DNA from: Candidatus Firestoneibacteriota bacterium
GTDB taxonomy: Bacteria > Oederibacteriota > D2-FULL-39-29 > JBBTED01
DNA length: 64,000 bases
Direction: 5' to 3'
Assembly (NCBI GenBank): GCA_038042445.1
Contig: JBBTED010000059.1
Coordinates: forward strand, 1-64,000
Program-made: the position numbers and the translations under genes
Shown here: one piece after another, positions 30,189 through 39,476 of the stretch
Layout of the letters: each line of letters begins with the position of its first letter
Numbering within the stretch: position 1 is the stretch's first letter
The notes under the pieces: generated by a model
Database searches by the model: none
Seen by the model: only the letters and a program-made list of their open reading frames with translations
Told to the model about the DNA's origin: nothing

Positions 30189-30374
30189 ATGATAACTGTA
30201 AAGCAAGAAGTTATTAAAATGATAAGTAACTTGTCAGACAAAGTTGATTATGATGAAATTATGGCTGAAATATATTTTAGACAAAAAGTTGATAAAAGCT
30301 TACAGCAAATTGAAGAACAAAAGATTGTTAGTCATAAAGAGGCAAAAAAGCGGATATCTAAGTGGATAAAATAA
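30189..30374 (+). CDS. Small putative type II antitoxin-like protein
   Basis: Strong RBS GAGGTG; KVDKSLQQIEEQKIVSHKEAKKRISKW resembles RelE/ParE-partner antitoxins. Confidence 0.55.
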   Translation: MITVKQEVIKMISNLSDKVDYDEIMAEIYFRQKVDKSLQQIEEQKIVSHKEAKKRISKWIK

Positions 30375-30385
30375 AGGGGAATATT

Positions 30386-31489
30386 TTGAAAAAAACAATT
30401 GGGGTGTTGACAGGTGGTGGGGATTGCTCTGGTTTAAATGCTGCGATAAGAGCAGTAGTTAAAACAGCAATTAATGATTATGGTATGGATGTTATTGGTT
30501 TTAAAGATGGATATCTAGGGCTTGTAGAATCTCAATTTAAAAAATTTACTTTAAATGATGCTTCAGGATTACTTACGATAGGTGGAACTATACTTGGAAC
30601 ATCAAATAAAGCTGACCCATTTAATTATGTTGTATATACTAAAAAAAATAAATTCACAAAAAAAGATATGTCGAAAATTGCATTGAAAAATTATAAAAGA
30701 TTAAAGCTGAGTGCTCTTATATGTATAGGTGGAGATGGTACATTATTTATTGCCAATAAATTAAGCAAAATCGGGCTCAATATTGTTGGAATACCTAAAA
30801 CAATAGACAATGACCTTTGTGCTACGGATGTGACTATTGGTTTTAATTCTGCTGTAGCAATAGCTACTGATGCAATTGATAAACTTCATTCTACTGCAAT
30901 GTCTCACCATAGAGTTATGATTATTGAGGTTATGGGAAGATATGCAGGGTGGCTTGCTTTGGAATCTGGAATAGCGGGTGGTGGTGATATAATATTGATA
31001 CCTGAGATACCTTATGATATAAAAATTGTATGTCAAAAAGTGTTGGAACGTCATCATAAGGGTAAACGTTTTAGTATAATAGTTGTAGCAGAAGGAGCAA
31101 AGCCAATAGGTGGAAATATGAGTATTAATAAAATTGTTAAAGATAGTCCTGACCCAATAAGACTTGGTGGTATAGGAACCTTGCTTGGAAATGAAATAGA
31201 AAAAAGGACTGGTTTAGAAACAAGAGCAACTATTCTTGGGCATTTACAACGTGGAGGAATACCAACTGCTTATGATAGAGTTCTTGCTACAAGACTTGGC
31301 AGAGAAGCAGTCCATCTTGCAGAAAAAAAATTATTTGGCATAATGGTTGCTTTAAAAGGTAAGGATATTGTTGCTGTTAAACTTGAAGAAGCAGTAGGAA
31401 AGTTGTGCAAAGTAGAATGCAATTCTTCTTTAATTGCAGCAGCTAAATCACTTGGAGTTTCTTTTGGAATAAAAAAAGGAGATATTTAA
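30386..31489 (+). CDS. pfkA: 6-phosphofructokinase
   Basis: TGGGDCSG, GGDGT, PKTIDND, EVMGR, LGHLQRGG; TTG 30386 follows AGGGGA (alternative GTG 30362). Confidence 0.93.
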   Translation: MKKTIGVLTGGGDCSGLNAAIRAVVKTAINDYGMDVIGFKDGYLGLVESQFKKFTLNDASGLLTIGGTILGTSNKADPFNYVVYTKKNKFTKKDMSKIALKNYKRLKLSALICIGGDGTLFIANKLSKIGLNIVGIPKTIDNDLCATDVTIGFNSAVAIATDAIDKLHSTAMSHHRVMIIEVMGRYAGWLALESGIAGGGDIILIPEIPYDIKIVCQKVLERHHKGKRFSIIVVAEGAKPIGGNMSINKIVKDSPDPIRLGGIGTLLGNEIEKRTGLETRATILGHLQRGGIPTAYDRVLATRLGREAVHLAEKKLFGIMVALKGKDIVAVKLEEAVGKLCKVECNSSLIAAAKSLGVSFGIKKGDI

Positions 31490-31490
31490 A

Positions 31491-32582
31491 ATGAGTGATA
31501 CCGAATACATAGATGCACCTTTGGAAGAGATGCATTTTTTATTAAAAAAAACAATTGAAAAAAAAGCGTCCGATTTAATTATTACTCCAAATTCTTCTCC
31601 TAAATTTAGAATTGATGGTAAATTGGTTTCAGGAGAATTTTCTATTCTTAGTGCAGAACGTACCTCTGCACTATTACATAGCATACTTAGTGAGGCAGAA
31701 TTTGAAACTTTACTAAATAAACATGAGCTTGATTTTACCTGTGGAGTTTCTCATGTAGGCAGATTTCGTGTAAATGCATATTTTCAAAGAGGAAGTATTG
31801 CAGCAGCTTTTAGACCGATACCATCGCATATTCCAACTTTAAAAGAACTTCATTTGCCACAGTCTTTGGCAGATTTGGTAGATTATCCTAATGGTTTGGT
31901 TTTACTTACTGGGCCAACTGGTTGTGGAAAATCTACTACATTGGCGACATTAATAGAAATAATAAATGAAAAATATAATTATCATGTGATAACTATAGAA
32001 GATCCAATTGAATACATTTATAAAAACAAAAAAAGTGTAATAGACCAAAGAGAAGTTGGTGCAGATACTGATTCATTTGCCAATGCACTGCGGAATGTTG
32101 TTCGGCAAAGTCCGGATGTTATACTTGTTGGAGAAATGCGGGATTTAGAGACAATTTCTATGGCTATTACTGCTGCTGAAACAGGACATCTTGTGTTTTC
32201 TACTTTACATACTATAGATGCAGCTCAATCTATACATCGTATTGTAGATGTTTTTCCTTCACATCAACAGCAGCAAATCCGAGTGCAATTGGCAGGTTGT
32301 TTGCGTGCTATTGCAAGCCAGTGTTTGTTGCCTAAATTAGATGATGAAGGAAGAATACCGGCATTAGAAGTAATGGTTGTTAACTCTGCTATACGTTCTA
32401 TGATTACTTTGAATGATATTCAGCAAATTCCAAGTGTTATACAAACTGGAGCAAAAGAGGGAATGAAAACATTGAATCAAACACTTAAAGAATTAGTTGA
32501 GAAGAAACTTATTTCTTATGATACAGCTATAATTAAGAGTAGTAGCATACAAAATTTCTTTGGTAGATTTACTATTGATTGA
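31491..32582 (+). CDS. pilT: Type IV pilus retraction ATPase PilT/PilU family
   Basis: GPTGCGKSTT, TIEDPIE, PDVILVGEMRD, ETGHLVFSTLHT. Confidence 0.9.
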   Translation: MSDTEYIDAPLEEMHFLLKKTIEKKASDLIITPNSSPKFRIDGKLVSGEFSILSAERTSALLHSILSEAEFETLLNKHELDFTCGVSHVGRFRVNAYFQRGSIAAAFRPIPSHIPTLKELHLPQSLADLVDYPNGLVLLTGPTGCGKSTTLATLIEIINEKYNYHVITIEDPIEYIYKNKKSVIDQREVGADTDSFANALRNVVRQSPDVILVGEMRDLETISMAITAAETGHLVFSTLHTIDAAQSIHRIVDVFPSHQQQQIRVQLAGCLRAIASQCLLPKLDDEGRIPALEVMVVNSAIRSMITLNDIQQIPSVIQTGAKEGMKTLNQTLKELVEKKLISYDTAIIKSSSIQNFFGRFTID

Positions 32583-32603
32583 TAATTAAAAGGAGAATAC
32601 AAA

Positions 32604-34781
32604 ATGGATGTGATTGAACGAAGACGTGCTGAAAGAATAACAATGCTGGCTGGTGTAAAGCTGAAGGAAAAAGAATATGGAATAGTAACTGAAGGGACAA
32701 TAGTTAATATAAGTACACTTGGGCTTGGAGTTTTATCTTCTCAAACAATTCCAAGAGGAAAACAACTGTCACTTTTTTTTGATTTGTCAGGTAATATTAA
32801 TTTTGAAAATTTATCTGCGCGTGTAATACGAGGAACGCAACTTGTTGACAATCATTATTTGGCACTTGAATTTACAGATATAACAGATGAACATAAAGGA
32901 AAAATAGATAAATTTGTAGAATCTTTTAAATGCAATTTTTCAATAATTTTTCAGCCGTATGGCAAAAAAATAGTTGTTCCTGCAGGGACAAAAATTAAAG
33001 AAGCAGCTGCGCTTGCCGGAATAATGATTGAGACCCCATGTGGTGGCCAGAGTAAATGTGGTAAATGTTATGTTGAAGTTATTACAGGTCTTATGCCGGC
33101 AAATGCAGAAGAGTCTAAAATATTGCAGGATGCACAGTTGCCAAATAACTTTCGTTTGTCCTGCAAAAGTGTTATTCAGACAAATACAGTAGTTAGAATT
33201 CCAGAAGAAACACTGCTATATACACAAAAGATTTTAGCAGAAGGTGTGGGGACTAAAGTGGTTGTTCAATCTGCTGTCAAAAAAATATATATTGAAATGG
33301 AAAAACCAAGTTTAGATAAACAGATAGGCGATTGGGATAATTTAAAATATAATTTAAAAGGCATAGTGAATTCTCCAATTTCTAATTTAGATATGTTAAA
33401 GAATTTGTCAAAAAAACTCAAAGAATCAGATTTTAAAATAACTGTTACATCTGTTAATAATGAAATAATTGATATTGAAAAAGGTAATACTGTGAGTAAT
33501 TCTTATGGTATGGCATTTGATATAGGCACAACTACAGTTGTTGGAAGCCTCATAGATTTGGGCACAGGCGAAGTTAAAGCAGTTGTTCCTGCGATGAATC
33601 CACAGGTAGTCTATGGTGATGATGTAATATCAAGAATAAAATTTTCTATAACTGAATCCGATGGTTTAAAAAAAGTACATAGTAAAATAATAGATTTAAT
33701 AAATGATTTAATATCAAAAGCTGTTAAAGTATGCAAGATTGACAAAAAGTCAATTTATGAAATAACTATTGTTGGAAATAGCACAATGCAGCATTTTTTT
33801 CTTGGTGTTTCTCCGGAAAATCTTGGGTTTTTACCGTATGTTCCTGTTATTCAGGAATCCTGTGATATAAAGGCGTGCGATTTAAAATTAGATATTAATC
33901 CAAATGGCAATGTTCATATTTTACCTAATATTGCTGGTTACGTTGGTGCAGATACAGTTGGGGTAATACTATCCGCTTCTTTACATAAAAGTGAAAAAAT
34001 AAAATTAGCTATAGATATTGGAACAAATGGAGAGATAGTTCTGGGTTCTAAAGATTTGCTGGTGTCTTGCTCTACTGCTGCTGGTCCTGCATTTGAAGGA
34101 GTGCATATTTCTTGTGGTATGAGAGCTGCATCAGGTGCTATTGATAAAGTAAAAATAGAAAATGATGATATATTTATTAATGTGATTGAGGGTGCAGTGC
34201 CACATGGTATATGTGGGACTGGGCTTGTTGATGCTGTTGCAGTGCTTTTAAGTGCTGGAATAATAGATGAGACAGGAAGGATTTTATCAAAGGGAGAATT
34301 AGATAAAAAAGTGTCTGCTAAGTTGGCTGCTCGTATTGTAGAAGGGAAAAGCGGGTATGATTTTATATTGTGGCAGTCTGATACTAAAAAAATATTATTA
34401 ACCCAAAAAGATGTCCGGGAATTACAATTGGCAAAAGGTGCTATAAGAAGTGGAATTGAAAGTTTGAAAAAAAACCTAAAAATTAGTAATGCTGATATTG
34501 AAGAAGTTCTTTTGGCCGGTGCATTTGGAAATTATCTTAAGCCAGAAAGTGCATTGCGTATAGGATTAATTCCGGATTTTCCACTATCCAAGGTTAAATC
34601 AATAGGAAATGCTGCATTTGAAGGCGCAAAAATGGCACTTGTGTCTGTTTTGGCACGTAAAGAATCTGATGAAATAGGTAGAAAAGCAAAATATATTGAA
34701 TTGTCAACTGTGCAGGATTTTAACGAAGAATTTTCTAATGCTATGATGTTTCCAAAGTGGCAAGATATTGCTACGAAATAA
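32604..34781 (+). CDS. PilZ domain fused to [2Fe-2S]/ASKHA reductive activator of corrinoid proteins (RACo/DUF4445)
   Basis: ERRRAER and NISTLG (PilZ); CGGQSKCGKC...RLSC; DIGTTT, DIGTNGE, AAGPAFEG, LAGAFG. Confidence 0.85.
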   Translation: MDVIERRRAERITMLAGVKLKEKEYGIVTEGTIVNISTLGLGVLSSQTIPRGKQLSLFFDLSGNINFENLSARVIRGTQLVDNHYLALEFTDITDEHKGKIDKFVESFKCNFSIIFQPYGKKIVVPAGTKIKEAAALAGIMIETPCGGQSKCGKCYVEVITGLMPANAEESKILQDAQLPNNFRLSCKSVIQTNTVVRIPEETLLYTQKILAEGVGTKVVVQSAVKKIYIEMEKPSLDKQIGDWDNLKYNLKGIVNSPISNLDMLKNLSKKLKESDFKITVTSVNNEIIDIEKGNTVSNSYGMAFDIGTTTVVGSLIDLGTGEVKAVVPAMNPQVVYGDDVISRIKFSITESDGLKKVHSKIIDLINDLISKAVKVCKIDKKSIYEITIVGNSTMQHFFLGVSPENLGFLPYVPVIQESCDIKACDLKLDINPNGNVHILPNIAGYVGADTVGVILSASLHKSEKIKLAIDIGTNGEIVLGSKDLLVSCSTAAGPAFEGVHISCGMRAASGAIDKVKIENDDIFINVIEGAVPHGICGTGLVDAVAVLLSAGIIDETGRILSKGELDKKVSAKLAARIVEGKSGYDFILWQSDTKKILLTQKDVRELQLAKGAIRSGIESLKKNLKISNADIEEVLLAGAFGNYLKPESALRIGLIPDFPLSKVKSIGNAAFEGAKMALVSVLARKESDEIGRKAKYIELSTVQDFNEEFSNAMMFPKWQDIATK

Positions 34782-35543
34782 ATGCCGCTGTATAAAACCC
34801 AAGCCATAGTTGTTAATTCTGTCAATTTCGGCGAAGCAAATAGAATACTGACATTATATACTTTTAAATTCGGAAAAATTCAGGCTGTAGTTAAAGGAAT
34901 ACGGAAGATAAAAAGCAGATTTGGTAGTTCAATGGAACTTTTTACAAACTGCACACTGATGCTTTATAGAAAAGAAGGAAAAGAATTATATACAGTAACA
35001 CAGGTTGAAGTAATTAATTCGCTTAGATTTCTAAAAGAAAATTTAAAAAAGATGGTATTTGGAAGTTATATTCTTGAGATTCTTTTGCATTTTGTTCCTG
35101 CCGAAGAAAAAAATGAAGAATTATATAATTTATTAATAAAAACTCTTATAAATATCGAAAAAAAAGATTATGTTGAGAAGATTGCATTGACTTTTGCAAT
35201 TCAGCTATTATCTATTGCAGGATATAAAATGAGAACTGATGTTTGTGTAATTTGCAAAACAAAACCTTTAGATAAAGGTTCTCTTGGGTTAAGCTATGTT
35301 TTTGGAGGTATTTTATGTGCTAAATGCTCTTTAAATGATGAAGAAGCTCTTAGTATTTCACAGGATATATTTAAAACTATAAAAAATGTATATAAGGCAA
35401 ATATAGATACAGAAAATTCAATGAATACAAATACAGATTTAACTATGGAAACCATTTTATTGCTGAATGTTTTTTTTGAAAATATTGTAGAAAGAAAATT
35501 TAAAGTTCCGGCAGTATTGAAAAAACTTGCAATTGCATTTTAA
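34782..35543 (+). CDS. recO: DNA repair protein RecO
   Basis: FGEANRIL, GKIQAVVKG, CxxC...CxxC. Confidence 0.9.
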   Translation: MPLYKTQAIVVNSVNFGEANRILTLYTFKFGKIQAVVKGIRKIKSRFGSSMELFTNCTLMLYRKEGKELYTVTQVEVINSLRFLKENLKKMVFGSYILEILLHFVPAEEKNEELYNLLIKTLINIEKKDYVEKIALTFAIQLLSIAGYKMRTDVCVICKTKPLDKGSLGLSYVFGGILCAKCSLNDEEALSISQDIFKTIKNVYKANIDTENSMNTNTDLTMETILLLNVFFENIVERKFKVPAVLKKLAIAF

Positions 35544-35544
35544 G

Positions 35545-36630
35545 ATGATGAAAATACTTATATCTGGATATTATGGGTTTAAAAATGCAGGAGATGAATT
35601 GATACTTGAAGCACTGCTTGGCAGGTTTAAAAAAATATTGTCTGAAAAAGAAGAAATTGTGATTTTGTCAAATATTCCTTCTGTTACATCAAAGTTATAT
35701 GGTGTTAAATCTATTAACCGTAAAAATTTCTGGTTGATAATAAAAGAATTATTAAATACCAATTTGTTTATTACAGGTGGTGGAGGGCTATTTCAGGATG
35801 TAACAAGTATTAAAAGTTTGATGTATTATTTATTTTTGATTTTTATTGCACAAATTTTGAATGTAAAAACAATGCTATATGCTTGTGGCATAGGCCCGAT
35901 TAATACAAAAATTGGAAAGTTTTGGACACGTTTGATTCTCAAAAAAGTTGATTATATAACTTTGAGAGATAATTTTTCGTATGAAGTATTAAAGTCAATA
36001 GGCATATATAGAGAAGATATTGTGATTTGTGCAGATCCAGTAGTAACTTTAAATGAGGGGAATAAAAGTGCAGGGGAAATACTGCTAAAAAAGATATTTA
36101 AAAATACCAATGTCCCAATTTTGGGAATTGCTCCACGTGCTTGTTCAACATCTATTGATTTTTGCAAAGTAATTGCTGAATTTTCAGATAAGTTAATTGA
36201 AGCTAATAATTGGAATGTTATTTTTATTCCATTTGATTTACAAAATGACATAACAGTTATAAAGAATATTACTTCTAAAATGAAAAAGAAACATTTTGTA
36301 TTAGATAATTATACTTTAAGTGAACTTGTTGATGTTGTATCTGCATTGGATATTTTACTTGGTATGAGGTTGCATTCTTTGATTTTGGCTTGCGCAAATA
36401 AAATTCCTGCAATAGGTATAAATTATGACCCAAAAGTAAAAAACTTTCAGCAATTGATAGATATGCCTTGTTTTGAAATCCCCGAATTATCTGTAGAACA
36501 ATTATTTGATAAGACAATTAAAACTTATGAACAGCGGGATAAATATTCTAAAATACTTGGGTTGAAACTTCCTGAGCTTGTAGAATCAGTAGATAAACCA
36601 GCTGTGATAGTTTCTAACTTATTTTTTTAA
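35545..36630 (+). CDS. csaB: Polysaccharide pyruvyl transferase CsaB family
   Basis: ISGYYGFKNAGDE, GGGGLFQD, GMRLHSLI, YDPKV. Confidence 0.88.
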   Translation: MMKILISGYYGFKNAGDELILEALLGRFKKILSEKEEIVILSNIPSVTSKLYGVKSINRKNFWLIIKELLNTNLFITGGGGLFQDVTSIKSLMYYLFLIFIAQILNVKTMLYACGIGPINTKIGKFWTRLILKKVDYITLRDNFSYEVLKSIGIYREDIVICADPVVTLNEGNKSAGEILLKKIFKNTNVPILGIAPRACSTSIDFCKVIAEFSDKLIEANNWNVIFIPFDLQNDITVIKNITSKMKKKHFVLDNYTLSELVDVVSALDILLGMRLHSLILACANKIPAIGINYDPKVKNFQQLIDMPCFEIPELSVEQLFDKTIKTYEQRDKYSKILGLKLPELVESVDKPAVIVSNLFF

Positions 36631-37230
36631 CTGACTAATTGTTGTTTTTAATTTTTCTATTAATAGTGTGGTTTCTATTGAAGTAGCAACCTGGTTTGCT
36701 AATATTTCTAATATTTCCAAATCTTCTGTTGTCCAAATTTCATTATTTACTTTATTCACAACCTCAAGAACTCCAATGATTTTGTTTTTTTCAAGTTCTT
36801 CGTTCACTTTAACTGTTAGAGGTGTTGCTATAATAGATCTTGTAGTAAATCCGCTTTTTCCATCAATATCCGTATTGAATCTTGTATCATCTTTTACATT
36901 ATTAACAATAATTGCTTTTTTTTCTTTTATGACCCATCCTGCAATACCCTGGGAAATTGGCATTCTTATTCTTGAAACAGCATTTGCCTTTTTTCCATGT
37001 GCTATTTCAAAATACAATTCATTTTTTTCTCTATCAATTAAAATGACAGAGCTACCTTCTGCCTGTAGTAATTCAGCTGTAACTGACATTACATACGGAA
37101 GCAACTTTATTATATCTAAATTTAAAGCCAATACTGTGTTGATATCCAATAGTGTTGATAGAGTTTCAACCTTTTTCTTTAATAATTCTACTTCCGGATT
37201 TTTATTACTCATATAACGTAATTCTACCAT
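36619..37230 (-). CDS. Stand-alone GAF-domain protein
   Basis: GIAGWV, DDTRF, GFTTRSIIATPL, IGVLEVVNK, DLEIL (NKFDE-like). Confidence 0.85.
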   Translation of the reverse strand: MVELRYMSNKNPEVELLKKKVETLSTLLDINTVLALNLDIIKLLPYVMSVTAELLQAEGSSVILIDREKNELYFEIAHGKKANAVSRIRMPISQGIAGWVIKEKKAIIVNNVKDDTRFNTDIDGKSGFTTRSIIATPLTVKVNEELEKNKIIGVLEVVNKVNNEIWTTEDLEILEILANQVATSIETTLLIEKLKTTISQLKK

Positions 37231-37307
37231 ATTTGACTATTTTTGTTCCACAAAAATTTTTTAATTGAAAGAAGAAGCAGTTTTTGGTATAAATAACACA
37301 ATATAGT

Positions 37308-37398
37308 TTAAAATGTAAAGTGAAAAACGTAAAACCAAAGCTAAAAATTTAAAATTTTAAGCTATAGTTTTTTGCTTCTAGTTTTAAGTTTTTAGCTA
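37308..37398. repeat. Degenerate inverted 7-bp repeat array in the oxidoreductase leader
   Basis: A-rich heptads (AAAATGT AAAGTGA AAAACGT...) followed by T-rich heptads (CTTCTAG TTTTAAG TTTTTAG). Confidence 0.55.
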
Positions 37399-37455
37399 TA
37401 TAGTAGCGCTAACGTTTTGCAATTGCATAGCAATTACAAAAAGGGGGATAGTGGT

Positions 37456-38427
37456 ATGGCAGATGTTAAAATTGGGTTTATAGGCACTGGTGGTATAGCA
37501 AATGCACATGCAGGAGTGCTTTCACAATTGCCAGATGTGAAAATAATTGCTTGTACTGATGTAGATGAAAAAAAAGGTAATGAATTTGCTTCAAAGTATA
37601 GCGCAAAATTTTTAAAAGATTATAAGGCTTTATTAGATATAAAAGAAATAGATGCTGTTTATATATGTACTCCGCCATATTTGCATAAAGAGCAGGTAAT
37701 AGATACAGCAAAGGCAAAAAAACATATATTTTGTGAAAAGCCAATAACATTAAATTTGGCTGATGCTGATGAGATTGCAAAAGTAATTAAATCGGCAGGT
37801 GTAAAATTAATGGTGGGTTATATTTTGCATTTTTATCCGGCTTGCAAAACTTTGAAGGATATATTTGAATCTGGTAAACTTGGCTCATTACTTACTTGTT
37901 GGTCAAATAGGTTAGGTTATTTTAATACTGCAAAAAAATGGATTTCTGATCCTTCTAAAAGTGGAGGTATGACAGTTGAGTTTTTTACACATGATTTGGA
38001 TTGGCTTAAATGGGTCGGTGGTGAAGTGTTATCAGTATATGGAAAAGTGTGGCGTGTTCATCCTGATACACAGACAGAAGATAATATATGGACTATTCTT
38101 ACATTTAAAACTGGAGTTGGTGTAGGTGGTGCAAGTTGGGCATCTCCACTTGGAAATACTACAATGGGAGTTATAGGAACAAAAGGTGGAGCAATAATGT
38201 TAGATTGGACTAAAATAAAAGTAAAAGAAAATAATGGAGAAGAAAAAATAATTGAAGTAGAACCTACGGGTGTGGCTATGGTTAATGAAGATAAACATTT
38301 TATTGAATGCATAAAATCAGGTAAAGATCCTATAAATAATATAGTAGATGCACGTGAAGTTTTAAGAATAGCTTTAGCTGTTCAGCAGTCTTCACGTGAA
38401 AACAAAGTCATACAATTGGGGGCATAG
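37456..38427 (+). CDS. Gfo/Idh/MocA family oxidoreductase
   Basis: GFIGTGGIA, HIFCEKP, HDLD; RBS before ATG 37456. Confidence 0.9.
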   Translation: MADVKIGFIGTGGIANAHAGVLSQLPDVKIIACTDVDEKKGNEFASKYSAKFLKDYKALLDIKEIDAVYICTPPYLHKEQVIDTAKAKKHIFCEKPITLNLADADEIAKVIKSAGVKLMVGYILHFYPACKTLKDIFESGKLGSLLTCWSNRLGYFNTAKKWISDPSKSGGMTVEFFTHDLDWLKWVGGEVLSVYGKVWRVHPDTQTEDNIWTILTFKTGVGVGGASWASPLGNTTMGVIGTKGGAIMLDWTKIKVKENNGEEKIIEVEPTGVAMVNEDKHFIECIKSGKDPINNIVDAREVLRIALAVQQSSRENKVIQLGA

Positions 38428-38493
38428 CCAAGCGGCTAAGGCAGCAGTCTGCAAAACTGTTATTCATCGGTTCAAGTCCGATTGCCCCCTCCA
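38418..38493 (+). tRNA. tRNA-Cys(GCA)
   Basis: Acceptor GGGGGCA/TGCCCCC, anticodon loop CTGCAAA, U discriminator plus CCA. Confidence 0.92.
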
Positions 38494-38525
38494 CAAATTA
38501 AATATAATAGGTTAGCGTTTCTAAG

Positions 38526-38597
38526 TTGTCATTGCGAATGAAGTGAAGCAATCCCGTTTTTAGATTGCTTTGTCACTAATGTTCCTCGCAATGACAA
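38526..38597. repeat. Structured palindromic repeat (GTCATTGCGA...TCGCAATGAC type)
   Basis: 12-bp terminal inverted repeat with internal AAGCAATC/GATTGCTT stem; related fragment at 27197-27218. Confidence 0.7.
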
Positions 38598-38612
38598 ATT
38601 ATAGGAGAAAAG

Positions 38613-39476
38613 ATGTTTAAATTAGGGATTTTTACTGACGAGGTTTCACAAGAGCTTGATGTTGCTATAAAACTTGCAAAAGAATTTAATTTGGATTCTG
38701 TTGAAATTAGAACTGTATGGAATAAATCACCGCATCAGTTGGACAACAACGATATAGACAAAATTAAGCAATTACTTGATAGTGCGAATCTAAAGATTTC
38801 CTGTATTGCTTCTCCATTTCTTAAATGTGATATTGACAATGAAAAAGAATATTTAGAACACATAGAAATTTTTAAAAAATGTATTATCGTTGCAAAAAAA
38901 CTTGGCACAAATTTGATTCGTGGATTTACTTTCTGGCGAAAGGGAGAATTAGAGCAATATTACTCAAAAATTATTGATAAATATAAAGAGCCAGCCAGAA
39001 TTGCAAAAGATGAAAATATTATTATTGCAATAGAAAATGAAGCATCTTGTTTTATTGGCAGAGGCGCTGACCTCGGAAAGTTTCTAAAAGATATTAATTC
39101 GAAAAATGTTTTAGCTGTATGGGATCCTGCTAATGAGATATATGATCCAAAAGGCGAAAATCCGTATCCTGATGGGTATGAACATATTAAAAAATTTATG
39201 ATACATATGCATCTTAAGGATGCAGTGCATAAAGGTGAAAATAGTGCAGAATGTGTGGAAATTGGCGAAGGAGAAATTGATTTCCCAAGTCAATTTAAAG
39301 AACTTAAAACATCTGGTTATAACGGATATGTTTCTTTGGAAACACACTGGCGTGCAAAAGGTAATTTAACTGAGTCACAGATGAACAGACCAGGTGGTGG
39401 CGCGTTTTCAGAATCTGGGGAAATATCGTCAAGAATTTGTCTGGAAAATTGGATGAGAATTCTTAGATCTATATAA
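38613..39476 (+). CDS. Sugar phosphate isomerase/epimerase (xylose-isomerase-like TIM barrel)
   Basis: IENE, WDPAN, HMHLKD, SLETH. Confidence 0.85.
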   Translation: MFKLGIFTDEVSQELDVAIKLAKEFNLDSVEIRTVWNKSPHQLDNNDIDKIKQLLDSANLKISCIASPFLKCDIDNEKEYLEHIEIFKKCIIVAKKLGTNLIRGFTFWRKGELEQYYSKIIDKYKEPARIAKDENIIIAIENEASCFIGRGADLGKFLKDINSKNVLAVWDPANEIYDPKGENPYPDGYEHIKKFMIHMHLKDAVHKGENSAECVEIGEGEIDFPSQFKELKTSGYNGYVSLETHWRAKGNLTESQMNRPGGGAFSESGEISSRICLENWMRILRSI

